Of a stretch of 64,000 nucleotides of DNA, positions 33,795 to 43,479 are shown piece after piece; position 1 is the first letter of the stretch; every line of letters starts with the position of its first letter. Made by a program: the position numbers and the translations under genes. This stretch comes from Bdellovibrio sp. ZAP7 (GTDB taxonomy: Bacteria > Bdellovibrionota_B > Oligoflexia > Oligoflexales > RGVZ01). The stretch is taken from NCBI GenBank assembly GCA_945900755.1, contig CAMDKS010000018.1:1201-65200 (forward strand). Direction: 5' to 3'. The notes beneath the pieces were generated by a model. That model worked only from the letters and a program-made list of their open reading frames with translations, searched no databases and was not told the DNA's origin.

Positions 33795-36149
33795 TTAATC
33801 TTTCATGAGGTTCAGGGCGGATCCAGCCTTGAACCATTGAATTTGCTCGGCATTGTAGCTGTGCTTCGCCTCAAATCTGTCTTTTGTGCCGTCTGAATGC
33901 TCAATTTCGACGTTAAAGTTTTTTCCTGGGGCGAACGACGCGATGCCGAGGACAGAGAGCTTATCGCCTTCTCTGACTTTCTCGTAGTCGGCATTGTTGG
34001 CAAACGTGAGGGCTAGGCCTCCTTGTTTTTTGAGGTTTGTTTCGTGGATGCGAGCGAAACTTTTTACGATGACGGCACTTACTCCTAGGAAGCGTGGACA
34101 CATGGCGGCGTGTTCGCGGCTAGAGCCTTCACCGTAGTTTTCATCTCCGACCACGACCCAGCGGACTCCCCTTTTTTTGTAGTCACGAGCCACTTCGGCG
34201 ACCGTTTTAACTTCGCCGTTGAAGGCATTTTTGGTTTTTCCGATATCTTTTTCTAGGAAGGCATTGGTAGCGCCAAGAAACATATTCTCAGAAATTTTAT
34301 CGAGGTGACCACGGAAGGCCAGCCATTTACCAGCGGGAGAAATATGATCGGTTGTGGTCTTGCCTTTTGTTTTGAGGAGAAGTTGGTGTCCTAAGAAATC
34401 CTTGCCGTCACCGGCCAGAAAGGGCGCTAGGAGTTGAAGACGAGGGCTTTTGGGGCTAACGACCACTTTTAATTTCGTGCCGTCTTCTGCAGGTTCAGCG
34501 AAGCCGTCCGTGCCTTTTACAAATCCAGACATTGGTAATTCTGCGCCCATGGGGGCACGGAGGCGAATTTTTTTGCCGTCTTTATTTGTGAGGTGATCGG
34601 TATAAGGATTAAAGCTTAGACTTCCGGAGATCGCGTAGGCTACGACCATTTCAGGAGAGCTAATAAAGCCTAAGGTTTCTGCGTTACCGTCGTTTCTAGC
34701 GCGGAAATTTCGATTAAAACTAGTGACGATAGAGTTCGGTGTGCCGTCTTTCATGTCGTCACGTTTCCACTGACCGATGCAGGGACCGCAGGCGTTGGCG
34801 AGGACCACCGCACCGAAATCTTCGAATACTTTGAGAAGACCGTCACGCTTCATCGTGTTGAAGATTTGATCGGAGCCTGGAGAAACTAAAAGCTGCGTTT
34901 TTAGTTTCAGACCTTGCTCGACTGCATATTTTACAATACTTGCCGCGCGAGAAATATCTTCGTAAGAGCTGTTGGTGCAGCTGCCGATAAGGCACGCAGA
35001 AATTCTATCGTGGTAGCCTTTAGCCTTCGCCTCAGCGCCGAGTTGAGAGACCGCACGCACGAGATCTGGCGTGTGAGGTCCCACGATTTGTGGCTCGAGC
35101 TCAGAAAGGTTGATTTCTATGACTTCGTCATAGTATTTCTCAGGATTTTTTTCGCATTCGGCATCTGCATGAAGATGCTCTGAGTATTGATCTGCGAGGT
35201 CTGCGAGGTCACTGCGCTCAGTGGTACGAAGATAAGTGCCCATGCGTTCATCGTAAGGGAACACACTGCAGGTGGCACCGAGCTCTGCTCCCATGTTGGT
35301 GATCGTTGCTTTGCCGGTACAAGAAATAGATTTCACGCCAGGACCAAAATATTCTACAATTTTATTGGTGCCGCCTTTAACGGTAAGCTTGCCACAGATC
35401 GCCAAGATCAAATCTTTAGGGGCCGTCCAGCTGGAGAGGGAGCCCGTTAGTTTGATGCCGATCATTTTAGGGTTTAAAAGCTCCCAAGCCATGCCGGCCA
35501 TGACGTCAACGGCATCCGCACCACCAACTCCGATCGCACACATGCCCAGTCCACCGGCGTTCGGTGTATGGGAATCGGTGCCGATCATGAGGCCGCCAGG
35601 AAACGCATAATTTTCAAGGACAACTTGGTGAATAATACCCGAACCCGGTTTCCAAAAACCAATGCCATATTTTTTACAGGCTGACGTCAAGAAATCGTAA
35701 ACTTCTTCGTTATCGTTATTAGCGACTTTCATGTCAAAGTTGGAACCCTTGCGAGCAACAATCAAGTGATCACAATGGACGGAAGAGGGTACCGCCACTT
35801 TTTTCTTGCCCGATTGAATAAATTGCAAGATCGCCATCTGAGCGGTCGCATCTTGCATGGCAACGCGGTCTGGGCGAAGCATGATGAAGCTTTTTCCTCG
35901 CTCAAACGACTTCAGTTCTGATTCAGAATCTAAATGAGAGAAAAGAATTTTCTCGCCAAGGGTCAATGCACGCCCTAATGTTTTGCGGTAGCGATCAAAT
36001 TTTCCTTGGAGGCTAGCGTAATGTTTTGCGACGACTTCAGCGCGGGTGGCGCATACACTTATTTTGGTTTTAGTTGCGCTTTTTTTAGCAGGTGCCTTTT
36101 TAGCAGGTGCCTTTTTAGGAGATGCTTTTTTGGGAGATTTCTTAGCCAT
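33795..36149 (-). CDS. Aconitate hydratase (mitochondrial-type, about 784 aa) with a Lys/Ala/Pro-rich N-terminal tail
   Basis: IGTDSHTPNAGGLG, NACGPCIGQW and SFNRNFRARNDGN are aconitase Fe-S ligand motifs. The ATG at 36149 (MAKKSPKK...) is the only in-frame start upstream of the conserved TLGEKILFSHLD region. Confidence 0.9.
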   Translation of the reverse strand: MAKKSPKKASPKKAPAKKAPAKKSATKTKISVCATRAEVVAKHYASLQGKFDRYRKTLGRALTLGEKILFSHLDSESELKSFERGKSFIMLRPDRVAMQDATAQMAILQFIQSGKKKVAVPSSVHCDHLIVARKGSNFDMKVANNDNEEVYDFLTSACKKYGIGFWKPGSGIIHQVVLENYAFPGGLMIGTDSHTPNAGGLGMCAIGVGGADAVDVMAGMAWELLNPKMIGIKLTGSLSSWTAPKDLILAICGKLTVKGGTNKIVEYFGPGVKSISCTGKATITNMGAELGATCSVFPYDERMGTYLRTTERSDLADLADQYSEHLHADAECEKNPEKYYDEVIEINLSELEPQIVGPHTPDLVRAVSQLGAEAKAKGYHDRISACLIGSCTNSSYEDISRAASIVKYAVEQGLKLKTQLLVSPGSDQIFNTMKRDGLLKVFEDFGAVVLANACGPCIGQWKRDDMKDGTPNSIVTSFNRNFRARNDGNAETLGFISSPEMVVAYAISGSLSFNPYTDHLTNKDGKKIRLRAPMGAELPMSGFVKGTDGFAEPAEDGTKLKVVVSPKSPRLQLLAPFLAGDGKDFLGHQLLLKTKGKTTTDHISPAGKWLAFRGHLDKISENMFLGATNAFLEKDIGKTKNAFNGEVKTVAEVARDYKKRGVRWVVVGDENYGEGSSREHAAMCPRFLGVSAVIVKSFARIHETNLKKQGGLALTFANNADYEKVREGDKLSVLGIASFAPGKNFNVEIEHSDGTKDRFEAKHSYNAEQIQWFKAGSALNLMKD

Positions 36150-36300
36150 TGGTTGAGGTCCTTTCTCAAGTTTCAGATACTCTAAGAGTGCCACAACCCA
36201 CGAAAAATTCAAATGTTCTTGGCAAAAAAAAGCTAGGCAAAAAATGCTGCCCAGCAATTATTATTATTGGTTACTACCTCCGCACTTGGTGGAAGGACGT

Positions 36301-36750
36301 CTACACTTTGTACTTATCGGCAAGAACATTCAATTTGGTAACAAGCTCCGTGAGTTCGTCTCCCTCCCGCAGGGTGAGGCGACGCGGAGGCTTACCATCA
36401 ACCATCTCATCGACAAAACGGTTAATGGAAACCAAGGGGCCGTAAATTTTGTGGGTATAATGTACAGCAATATAGAAAGTGACGCCGATAAACGCCAAAA
36501 TGATCGAACCGATGAATATTAACGGCGTCGATAATTTCCCCATCGTGAGGGAAGCGTCATTTCCAGTCAGCGTGAAATAAGTCTTAATTGCGATAAAAAT
36601 GTCCGACAGCACCCAATACGTAACACCGGCGATCGCGGCGGAAAATATGAGGTTTACAATAACAAACATCAATCCCAGCTTGATTTGGAAGTAAGGTTCG
36701 ACAAGCTTTGAGGCCACTCCGCCCCGACGCCCTGCTATTTTTATTGCCAT
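36301..36750 (-). CDS. Small 2-TM protein with a HAMP-like C-terminus
   Basis: Two hydrophobic helices are followed by YGPLVSINRFVDEMVDGKPPRRLTLREGDELTELVTKLNVLA (HAMP-like). The ATG at 36750 has GGAGG upstream. Confidence 0.6.
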   Translation of the reverse strand: MAIKIAGRRGGVASKLVEPYFQIKLGLMFVIVNLIFSAAIAGVTYWVLSDIFIAIKTYFTLTGNDASLTMGKLSTPLIFIGSIILAFIGVTFYIAVHYTHKIYGPLVSINRFVDEMVDGKPPRRLTLREGDELTELVTKLNVLADKYKV

Positions 36751-36878
36751 AATAAGCGACCTCCATCCCACGACTCAACATTCCATTGCCGCACAAATCG
36801 AAACGAATCACAATTCATGATTATTAGTAGTGTAACAAGCTCACGCTCGGTTACATAGGGAGAATTTAAAACAGGCCG

Positions 36879-37604
36879 TTATTTAGGTCTAGGCAGCATG
36901 CCTAAAAAAACAGCCGCAGCTGGCGCAGCTGTTCTAGCTCTAAGAATCCATGGTCCTAGGCGCACGTCCAAAAACCCAGAATCCCGGGCGGCCTTTTCTT
37001 CTTTTGGAGTCAATCCTTTTTCCCCGCCTATCAGGGTCACCGCACCCACCAGGTCTGTGACCTTAGAGGATATTGTTTGTAAATCTTGAGTGGCATCAGG
37101 AGTCAGCATCCATTTATGGGAGTAAGCGGCTACGAGTAAAAGCGCCTCTGGCAAGCTTTCCACGGCCTCGATGGGCACAAACCATGCTCTTTTTGACTGT
37201 TTAATAGCCGAACGCATCAGCCTCTGCCACCGCTCGGCGGCCCCTTCATTAAGCCTAAAATGCGGCGTGTCCTCTTGCCTGAAAACAATAATCCGATCGG
37301 CCCCGAGTTCAATGAGAGGGGAGACGAGATCATCGACGTCACCAGGCTTTAATGCACCGAGCATGACACACCTTGACACGGGATCTTTCGCGGTAAATTT
37401 TCCGGTCACCTGAATCATGGATGCTTTTGATTTTGATTCAACGGTCATTGGACCTTGGCCAACATTTCCTTGGCCGTCCATCACTTCGATCTGAGCACCA
37501 TCAACTAGTCGCAACACTTTAAGCGCGTGAACGACTTCGTCTTCGTTTAAACGCCATTGACCGGATGAGGTCTGCTCGCCAAAAAAACGGTATAAATGTG
37601 CCAA
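36879..37604 (-). CDS. rsmE: 16S rRNA (uracil1498-N3)-methyltransferase RsmE
   Basis: Size 241 aa. The N-terminal PUA-like part is HALKVLRL..G..IEV.DG. C-terminal LIGGEKGLTPKEE...LGPWILRARTA is a SPOUT knot motif. It lies downstream of prmA, as in many bacteria. Confidence 0.8.
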   Translation of the reverse strand: MAHLYRFFGEQTSSGQWRLNEDEVVHALKVLRLVDGAQIEVMDGQGNVGQGPMTVESKSKASMIQVTGKFTAKDPVSRCVMLGALKPGDVDDLVSPLIELGADRIIVFRQEDTPHFRLNEGAAERWQRLMRSAIKQSKRAWFVPIEAVESLPEALLLVAAYSHKWMLTPDATQDLQTISSKVTDLVGAVTLIGGEKGLTPKEEKAARDSGFLDVRLGPWILRARTAAPAAAVFLGMLPRPK

Positions 37605-37617
37605 CTGTTTGCTCCCG

Positions 37618-38643
37618 TTAGTTCTTGATAAAAGTAAGACAGGCCCAGCCCTCTTGCTCGCCTTTGTCGACTAGTCTCAGCCCTTCACGGGCGGCGAGTT
37701 CCGCCATCTCGTCGCCATCCTCGACGAGCACTCCTGAAAGAATAAGAATACCGCCTTTGGTGGTAATGACGGCTAGTTCAGCAATGATTTTTTGCAAGAC
37801 GACATACAATATATTGGCCACCACAACATCAAACGGAGGCTTAAACTCAGGCTTCCCCTCGACCCCCCGCACCGGAGAACTCCCCTGCCAAAGTGGCAAC
37901 GCAATATGATTCATCTTAGCATTATTCTCGGCCGCCATCACGGCGTCAGGATCGATATCGCTTGCCGCCACAGATTTAAACCCAAGCTTATGGGCTCCGA
38001 GGGCCAATATTCCTGTACCAGTTCCAACGTCCATGCACCGCCAGTTTTTAATGGACGCACCCGAGATTAATAATTTTTCAAGGCGGCGCAACACCACTTG
38101 CGTCGTGGCGTGTTGTCCCGTACCGAAGGCCATCGCAGGTTCTACAACAATCGGAATTTTATTGGCGGGAATATTTTTATCGTCCCAAGGAGGGTAAATA
38201 TAAAATTTCTCCGTCTCAATGGGTTTGAAACTTTCTTTCCAACCTTCTAACCACTCCTTGGTTTCCATTGAGTTAATCACTAACTCTATTTCGTCAGGGA
38301 AATCTCGCGAAATTTGATTTTTAAGATCTTCCAGCAATTCTCTACTGTATTTATAAATCGAAAGCGGAAGAAGGTCTCCTCCTAGCTCCTCGTAGAAATC
38401 TCTTTGACTAGGGCCCGTGTACTCATTATCAATGTCGAGGCCGTCCATAACCCCCTCGACAAACTCTTCGATCCCGTGGCCTGCTAACCAATCCATTAAG
38501 CGAACTTTAGTTTGCCTCGCTTTTTTCATCGCTAATTGTTCAGTACGCTCTTTACTGGCCGCATCTTGATGTGGACTGGATGATGGAGTAGAAGCCAACA
38601 TAAATGACAAACGAAGTTCAAACGTAAACTGAGGGTACGCCAT
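37618..38643 (-). CDS. prmA: Ribosomal protein L11 methyltransferase PrmA
   Basis: WLEGWKESFKP, FGTGQHATTQ and MDVGTGTGILALGAHKLG are PrmA signatures. Confidence 0.85.
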   Translation of the reverse strand: MAYPQFTFELRLSFMLASTPSSSPHQDAASKERTEQLAMKKARQTKVRLMDWLAGHGIEEFVEGVMDGLDIDNEYTGPSQRDFYEELGGDLLPLSIYKYSRELLEDLKNQISRDFPDEIELVINSMETKEWLEGWKESFKPIETEKFYIYPPWDDKNIPANKIPIVVEPAMAFGTGQHATTQVVLRRLEKLLISGASIKNWRCMDVGTGTGILALGAHKLGFKSVAASDIDPDAVMAAENNAKMNHIALPLWQGSSPVRGVEGKPEFKPPFDVVVANILYVVLQKIIAELAVITTKGGILILSGVLVEDGDEMAELAAREGLRLVDKGEQEGWACLTFIKN

Positions 38644-38693
38644 TCTATAGATTCCTTAGGGGGTGTTGAAGCCGATTCATTCGATCATCTACT

Positions 38694-40499
38694 CTAGGGC
38701 CGCATCAACGCCAACGGCCCGAAAGGAGACAGAGTATATTCAGGGGTGGAGAAATAGCTTGTTTTTGACAATATATCATCTATCTTTAATCGAATTTTCG
38801 CACCTTCAGTCACTTTAGTGGCACCGATCAGGGCCTCCGCATATAATCCTGCTAGCCGTGTCCAGCCAGGATGCCTTGCGAACACACTAGCCAACGAGAG
38901 GGCGACCTCATTATACTTAGCCGCAACCTTGACTTGTGACCGCTTGGCTTCGGCCATCCTATATTCGGAAATGGCGATAGTCACCCAATCTGCACTTTCA
39001 GCATTGGAAAGGCGCGGGAGTTTCTCGGCCACCTTTTTCCCCTCGTTCAATTGGCCAGACCGAGTCAAGGCAAGCAAATATCCGGTCTCTGCTTCCCAGC
39101 TAGGGTGTGCCTTGAGCGATGCTTTAAAGGATGCCACGGCACGCACACTGTCCTCTGAACTTTTTGAATTAAGGTATATGGATCCCAGCAACTGGTGACC
39201 AATATAGTCCATCTGATTTTGAGAAACCATTTTGGTCAAGCGCTCCAACGCCAGTTTTTTGTCTCCATTTAAAAGCAACGCTCGAACATAAATATTGGCA
39301 GCAGCATCACGCAGCCCTGGGTCTAAGCGGTTATCCGTTTGCGTCAACTCAAAAGAACTAGCATATTTTAAAACAGGTTTCGCCAGTCCTAAGCGAAGTA
39401 GACTTTTACTTAGCATTAAGTGCGCTACGGGGTCCAGTGCGAGACCGCCTCCCATTTTGCCCAGATCTACGTTTAATTTAGTGATGGCCGCGCCTCTAGC
39501 CACGTCACCGCCCGTGGAGCTGCGGTTTGACAGTCTATTCGCTACATCCAATGCACGCCATTTTGCGACCAAATATGAACTTGGCTCCAAAGATGGAATC
39601 ATTTTGATCATTGTATTCATTTCTTCTTGTTGATTACCCAGTAAGAGTGCTTTAAAGCGCGCATCAAAGAGCATTTGTTTAAGGGTTTTTTCTCCAGGAA
39701 TGAGTGCTATGGCCTCGTGAAATAATTGCTCGGAAACATGTCCAGACAAAGACGAAGACTTAGCAAAAATAAGCATCGCCCTAATTCGTGGCAGCACGGC
39801 CTCGTTGGCGCTCAAATCTAATGTCGCTAAAGGTCGTAACAGCCCTTTCATCCCTCGGTAGGATAAATACCAAGCTCGAACACTGCACGCATAATTTACG
39901 GCCCACTTCGAGCATTTGTCTGCGCTAAAAACTTCGACCGCAGGCCATGCACCCGCTTGAACATTTAAATACTGAGAGTCCATGGGCGTTTCCATCGGAG
40001 CTATAGCGTGGCCTTTTCCATTTATTTTGTTGGCCCGTTGATTGATTAATGGGGCATTAGTGCGCCGAAAATTCTTGGACTGGTTAGACCACGAAGGCAT
40101 ATATTCCGCCAAATTAATTTGTAGGTATTGCGACCCAAAGGCCTGAACCTGGGTCCGCACGCCTGCCGAGTAATTCCAGGATGCCACTATAGTTATAACC
40201 ACGCAGGCAGCGGTTGAAACGACTTGAAATAGAAAATTCTGGGCCAGTGAGCTTTTCTTTTCGATGGTGCGATTTTTAAAAAATGTTTCAATATCATCTT
40301 CTGGAGAACCAGTTAGTGGCTCTGGAGCCTTTTGCGTTTCAACGCCGCTACTCGCAGCACCTACAGGACCGATGACCACTTGAACGGGACGTAGCGACAT
40401 CGTCAAAGGCAGCTCCGGGCCTTCGCCAACCTCAAAGTTAGAGCCAAGACCTGCGGGCTCGTCACTGGAATTTGGTTTTATTTTTTTGGCCGGTGCCAC
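38694..40499 (-). CDS. Membrane-anchored TPR-like repeat protein (601 aa)
   Basis: One TM helix is present (FLFQVVSTAACVVITIVASW). The remainder is helical-repeat-like with A/L/Y-rich 34-aa periodicity. Confidence 0.6.
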   Translation of the reverse strand: MAPAKKIKPNSSDEPAGLGSNFEVGEGPELPLTMSLRPVQVVIGPVGAASSGVETQKAPEPLTGSPEDDIETFFKNRTIEKKSSLAQNFLFQVVSTAACVVITIVASWNYSAGVRTQVQAFGSQYLQINLAEYMPSWSNQSKNFRRTNAPLINQRANKINGKGHAIAPMETPMDSQYLNVQAGAWPAVEVFSADKCSKWAVNYACSVRAWYLSYRGMKGLLRPLATLDLSANEAVLPRIRAMLIFAKSSSLSGHVSEQLFHEAIALIPGEKTLKQMLFDARFKALLLGNQQEEMNTMIKMIPSLEPSSYLVAKWRALDVANRLSNRSSTGGDVARGAAITKLNVDLGKMGGGLALDPVAHLMLSKSLLRLGLAKPVLKYASSFELTQTDNRLDPGLRDAAANIYVRALLLNGDKKLALERLTKMVSQNQMDYIGHQLLGSIYLNSKSSEDSVRAVASFKASLKAHPSWEAETGYLLALTRSGQLNEGKKVAEKLPRLSNAESADWVTIAISEYRMAEAKRSQVKVAAKYNEVALSLASVFARHPGWTRLAGLYAEALIGATKVTEGAKIRLKIDDILSKTSYFSTPEYTLSPFGPLALMRP

Positions 40500-40754
40500 T
40501 AGTTACTTTCCTTTATTCAATTTTTTGAGTCACTTCCACGCCCCCACGTATCGGATCATAGGCAAAAACACCTGAATGAGGCGTGCTCCAAGACGTCTGA
40601 ATCTCCAATAACCAGTTGATTTAATAGGATTATATATTTCAACCTCTCAGCCAAACCCCCGAACAAACCTGTCAGAAAACAGACCCTAGAAAAAAGGAAT
40701 GGAATTTGGTACATCCCCTGCACAAGTGAACCACTGTTTTTAGGAGCAAAAAAG

Positions 40755-41279
40755 ATGGCTATTTTAGAATTTCGTGGCGAGACCATTACCGATCCATCTT
40801 CGATCCAAACTGTTTTGGCGTCCCACAGCATTCCGTACGAATGTTGGGGCGTGCGATCAATGACTAATGATTCTGTAGAGGGAGTGCTCGCCACTTATGC
40901 AGACGACATTGCGCGATTAAAATCTCTGCACTCCTATGTAACAGAAGACGTCATTGCCCTTGATCCAGCCACACCAAATTTGGATGGACTACTCGCTAAA
41001 TTTTCCCCCGAGCATCACCACACTGACGACGAGGTAAGGTTTACTGTCGCGGGGGAGGGTGTTTTTGAAATTAACGTTACCGAAAATGAACGCGTAAAAT
41101 TTACAGCACAGCCAGGAGACTTAATCGTAGTGCCTGCTTGGCGCCGTCATTTGTTCTACCTTACGGGTCAAAAAACAATTCGCTGCATTCGTTTATTTAA
41201 GGATAAAACAGGATGGGAAGCGCACTATCCATATTCGCAGGCAGGCACAATTGAGCGCTCGTTACATTACTCAGTTTGA
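40755..41279 (+). CDS. mtnD: Acireductone dioxygenase (ARD, methionine salvage)
   Basis: EHHHTDDEVRFTVAGEGVF and IRLFKDKTGWEAHY align with EHTHGEDEVRFFVEGAGLF and IRIFDNPEGWIAQF of Klebsiella ARD (from memory). Confidence 0.8.
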   Translation: MAILEFRGETITDPSSIQTVLASHSIPYECWGVRSMTNDSVEGVLATYADDIARLKSLHSYVTEDVIALDPATPNLDGLLAKFSPEHHHTDDEVRFTVAGEGVFEINVTENERVKFTAQPGDLIVVPAWRRHLFYLTGQKTIRCIRLFKDKTGWEAHYPYSQAGTIERSLHYSV

Positions 41280-41540
41280 TTAAATGAGTGACAATTTTTT
41301 GCTTAATTTTTAGTACCGTTTTTTTTATTTTTTTTGATTCAGACTATTGACAAGTACTCTCAATTCCCTGACAATGATTTTCCATTTCAATCATCCTTTA
41401 CAAATTCCACAAACAGTGAATTTAAGTGCGGGCTGGACGATGATTTACAGAGCTTTTTCAGAAGCTTTGTGAATTGGTTATGCACGGCCAATCAACATGT
41501 TATCAACAGGCAATGCACAGCCCAAGGAGCGCCCTAACCC

Positions 41541-42134
41541 ATGGTAAAGACAGCTGAATCAACACTCGCTCTAGACGGCCTCGACGATATCACCAACCAA
41601 TCAGCCCACAAGAGTTTTTTGGGTCGGGAGTTCCTGACGTGGCTTTGGTATTTCACCGAAAATGATGAGGGCCGATTTGAAATCGAATTAAGCTCTGGAG
41701 CTATAGGCACCGCACAAATTTGGCTCGATGACCGTATTGTCCTAACCTCAAAAACCGGCAGGTCGCACGAACATATTATTAAAGGCGGCGTCCCCAGCAC
41801 CAGCGACGAAGCTGCCATTTCTCTAAAGTCAGGCAAAGCCGTTAAAGAAATTAAAGTCGGCATCGACATAGACGGCACCGGCGTCTTCTTTGCCACTCTT
41901 GGCGGAGATGAACTGGCGCCAAAAGGTCTGAAGCTTCCTGACCCAATAGACACATCCGATCAAACCGTTCTCGAACAGCGACTTGAGTACGTGGCCGTAT
42001 TTACGATTGCACTCGACACCTTGTTTGGACGATTTATGGATGAACGAACGGGCAAGCTGTGGGATACTACAAGTATAAAATCTATAAGAAATTGGATCCA
42101 AACTCGAAACAATGATGCAACGACCATTCATTAA
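41541..42134 (+). CDS. Hypothetical protein (197 aa), possibly RdgC-like
   Basis: An ORF with AAGGAG upstream. The GREFLTWLWYF motif reminds me of RdgC-like proteins, but I cannot verify this. Confidence 0.5.
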   Translation: MVKTAESTLALDGLDDITNQSAHKSFLGREFLTWLWYFTENDEGRFEIELSSGAIGTAQIWLDDRIVLTSKTGRSHEHIIKGGVPSTSDEAAISLKSGKAVKEIKVGIDIDGTGVFFATLGGDELAPKGLKLPDPIDTSDQTVLEQRLEYVAVFTIALDTLFGRFMDERTGKLWDTTSIKSIRNWIQTRNNDATTIH

Positions 42135-43449
42135 GATGATTTTAGACCGCAGTCGCTGGCCCTTGTGGCTCCAGCAGGGCGTGCATTGCGGCACTATTTA
42201 CCTGCACGACAGTAAGCGCGCGGATCTGACCAAGCAAGCCTCGGCCATGGCCTACGTCACCCTGTTTTCCTTGGTGCCAAGTTTAGCTGCGATTTTTACC
42301 TTGTTAGGACTGTTTTTGCCAATTTTTGGCGACAACGCAAATGTCATGAATGAAGGTCGGCAGTTTCTTTTTAAATACCTGGCCAACGGATCCGGATCGA
42401 CCGTCGTCGATTACCTTGAGTCGTTTATGGCAGGACTTAATTTTAAAAAAATTGGAATGACTGCCTTTGTTGGCCTACTGGTTACTCTTGTGGTTTTGCT
42501 TCGCCAAATTGAGGAGGCTTTGAATCGCATCTGGATGGTGCACCAGGCTCGCCCGATGCTCACTCGTTTTGTGTATTTTTGGCTTTTCATGACACTTGGT
42601 ATGTTTTCACTGAGTGTTATTTTAGGTTTAAGCTCCGGTTACTCCGTGACCGCATTCATTACCAAAAAGACTCTTGCCGTAGCCGATAAAGCAGACGACA
42701 TTTTTATTCTATCAGCCGCATTTAATTGGGCGTTTACCTGTGGCTTATTTTTCTTAGCTTACAAAGTGATACCCAATTGTGACGTCACCAATAAGGCGGC
42801 ACGTGGCGGTGCGCTTTTGGGGGGCACACTTTTCTACTTCATCAGTAAATTTTACACGCTTTATGTAACTAGTTTTGCAAGTTATAAAAGCGTTTACGGC
42901 ACACTGGCCGCACTTCCTATATTCTTAATGTGGATTTACGTTTGCTGGGTCATTTTACTTGCCGGCGCTCTGTTTGCCTGGAGATGGCAAAAGGGCTGGC
43001 CTCCACTCAATGAAGACAAAACCCTAGAGTCTGCGACCACACCGCTGGATGAACACAGAAACCGAGAGCTCCGTGGTCTCCTGCCGCCCATCATTCTCGT
43101 ATCGATTTATGATCAATTTAGAGCCGGAAATAGCATGACTGTTAGCGAGTTGGTAACACAGCTAGATCTACCCCATGTTTGGGTCAATGAAGCGGTCGAA
43201 CTCCTTCGAGATCTTGGCTTGATTGCTTTTGCCAAGCTAGCCAATTCTGAAGCTGAAAGCATTCTTCCGACCCGGCCTGCGGATCAATTATCCATTAAAA
43301 AAACCTCTGACGAGTTTGACCTGCCTCTATCAAGTTGGCTCGCCACTTGGCCCGCTGGAAATTCCCAACGCCTAAAAGTTGTAACCGAACGATTGAAAGA
43401 TGCGGCCAAAAATACGGACGCCCGCACCTTTGAAACATTACTCAACTAA
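42112..43449 (+). CDS. YihY/BrkB-family membrane protein
   Basis: QASAMAYVTLFSLVPSLAAIFTL plus multiple TM helices and a C-terminal soluble extension. An alternative in-frame start is at 42136. Confidence 0.7.
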   Translation: MMQRPFIKMILDRSRWPLWLQQGVHCGTIYLHDSKRADLTKQASAMAYVTLFSLVPSLAAIFTLLGLFLPIFGDNANVMNEGRQFLFKYLANGSGSTVVDYLESFMAGLNFKKIGMTAFVGLLVTLVVLLRQIEEALNRIWMVHQARPMLTRFVYFWLFMTLGMFSLSVILGLSSGYSVTAFITKKTLAVADKADDIFILSAAFNWAFTCGLFFLAYKVIPNCDVTNKAARGGALLGGTLFYFISKFYTLYVTSFASYKSVYGTLAALPIFLMWIYVCWVILLAGALFAWRWQKGWPPLNEDKTLESATTPLDEHRNRELRGLLPPIILVSIYDQFRAGNSMTVSELVTQLDLPHVWVNEAVELLRDLGLIAFAKLANSEAESILPTRPADQLSIKKTSDEFDLPLSSWLATWPAGNSQRLKVVTERLKDAAKNTDARTFETLLN

Positions 43450-43479
43450 CACCCCGAGAATTGGTTTTTGAAGCAGAAG

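Noticed and set aside
33601-33837. A 78-aa minus-strand ORF in the track
   Set aside because: It runs straight through the tRNA-fMet gene and its terminators, so it is not a protein gene.
40500-40754. A possible SAM or methionine riboswitch upstream of mtnD
   Set aside because: I could not recognise any SAM-I, SAM-II or SAM-SAH consensus elements by eye. An Infernal/Rfam scan is needed before making any claim.
41334-41537. A 67-aa ORF in the 260-bp gap upstream of 41541
   Set aside because: The region is an AT-rich intergenic stretch with a TTGACA-N17-GACAAT promoter-like element. The ORF lacks an RBS and has low-complexity composition.
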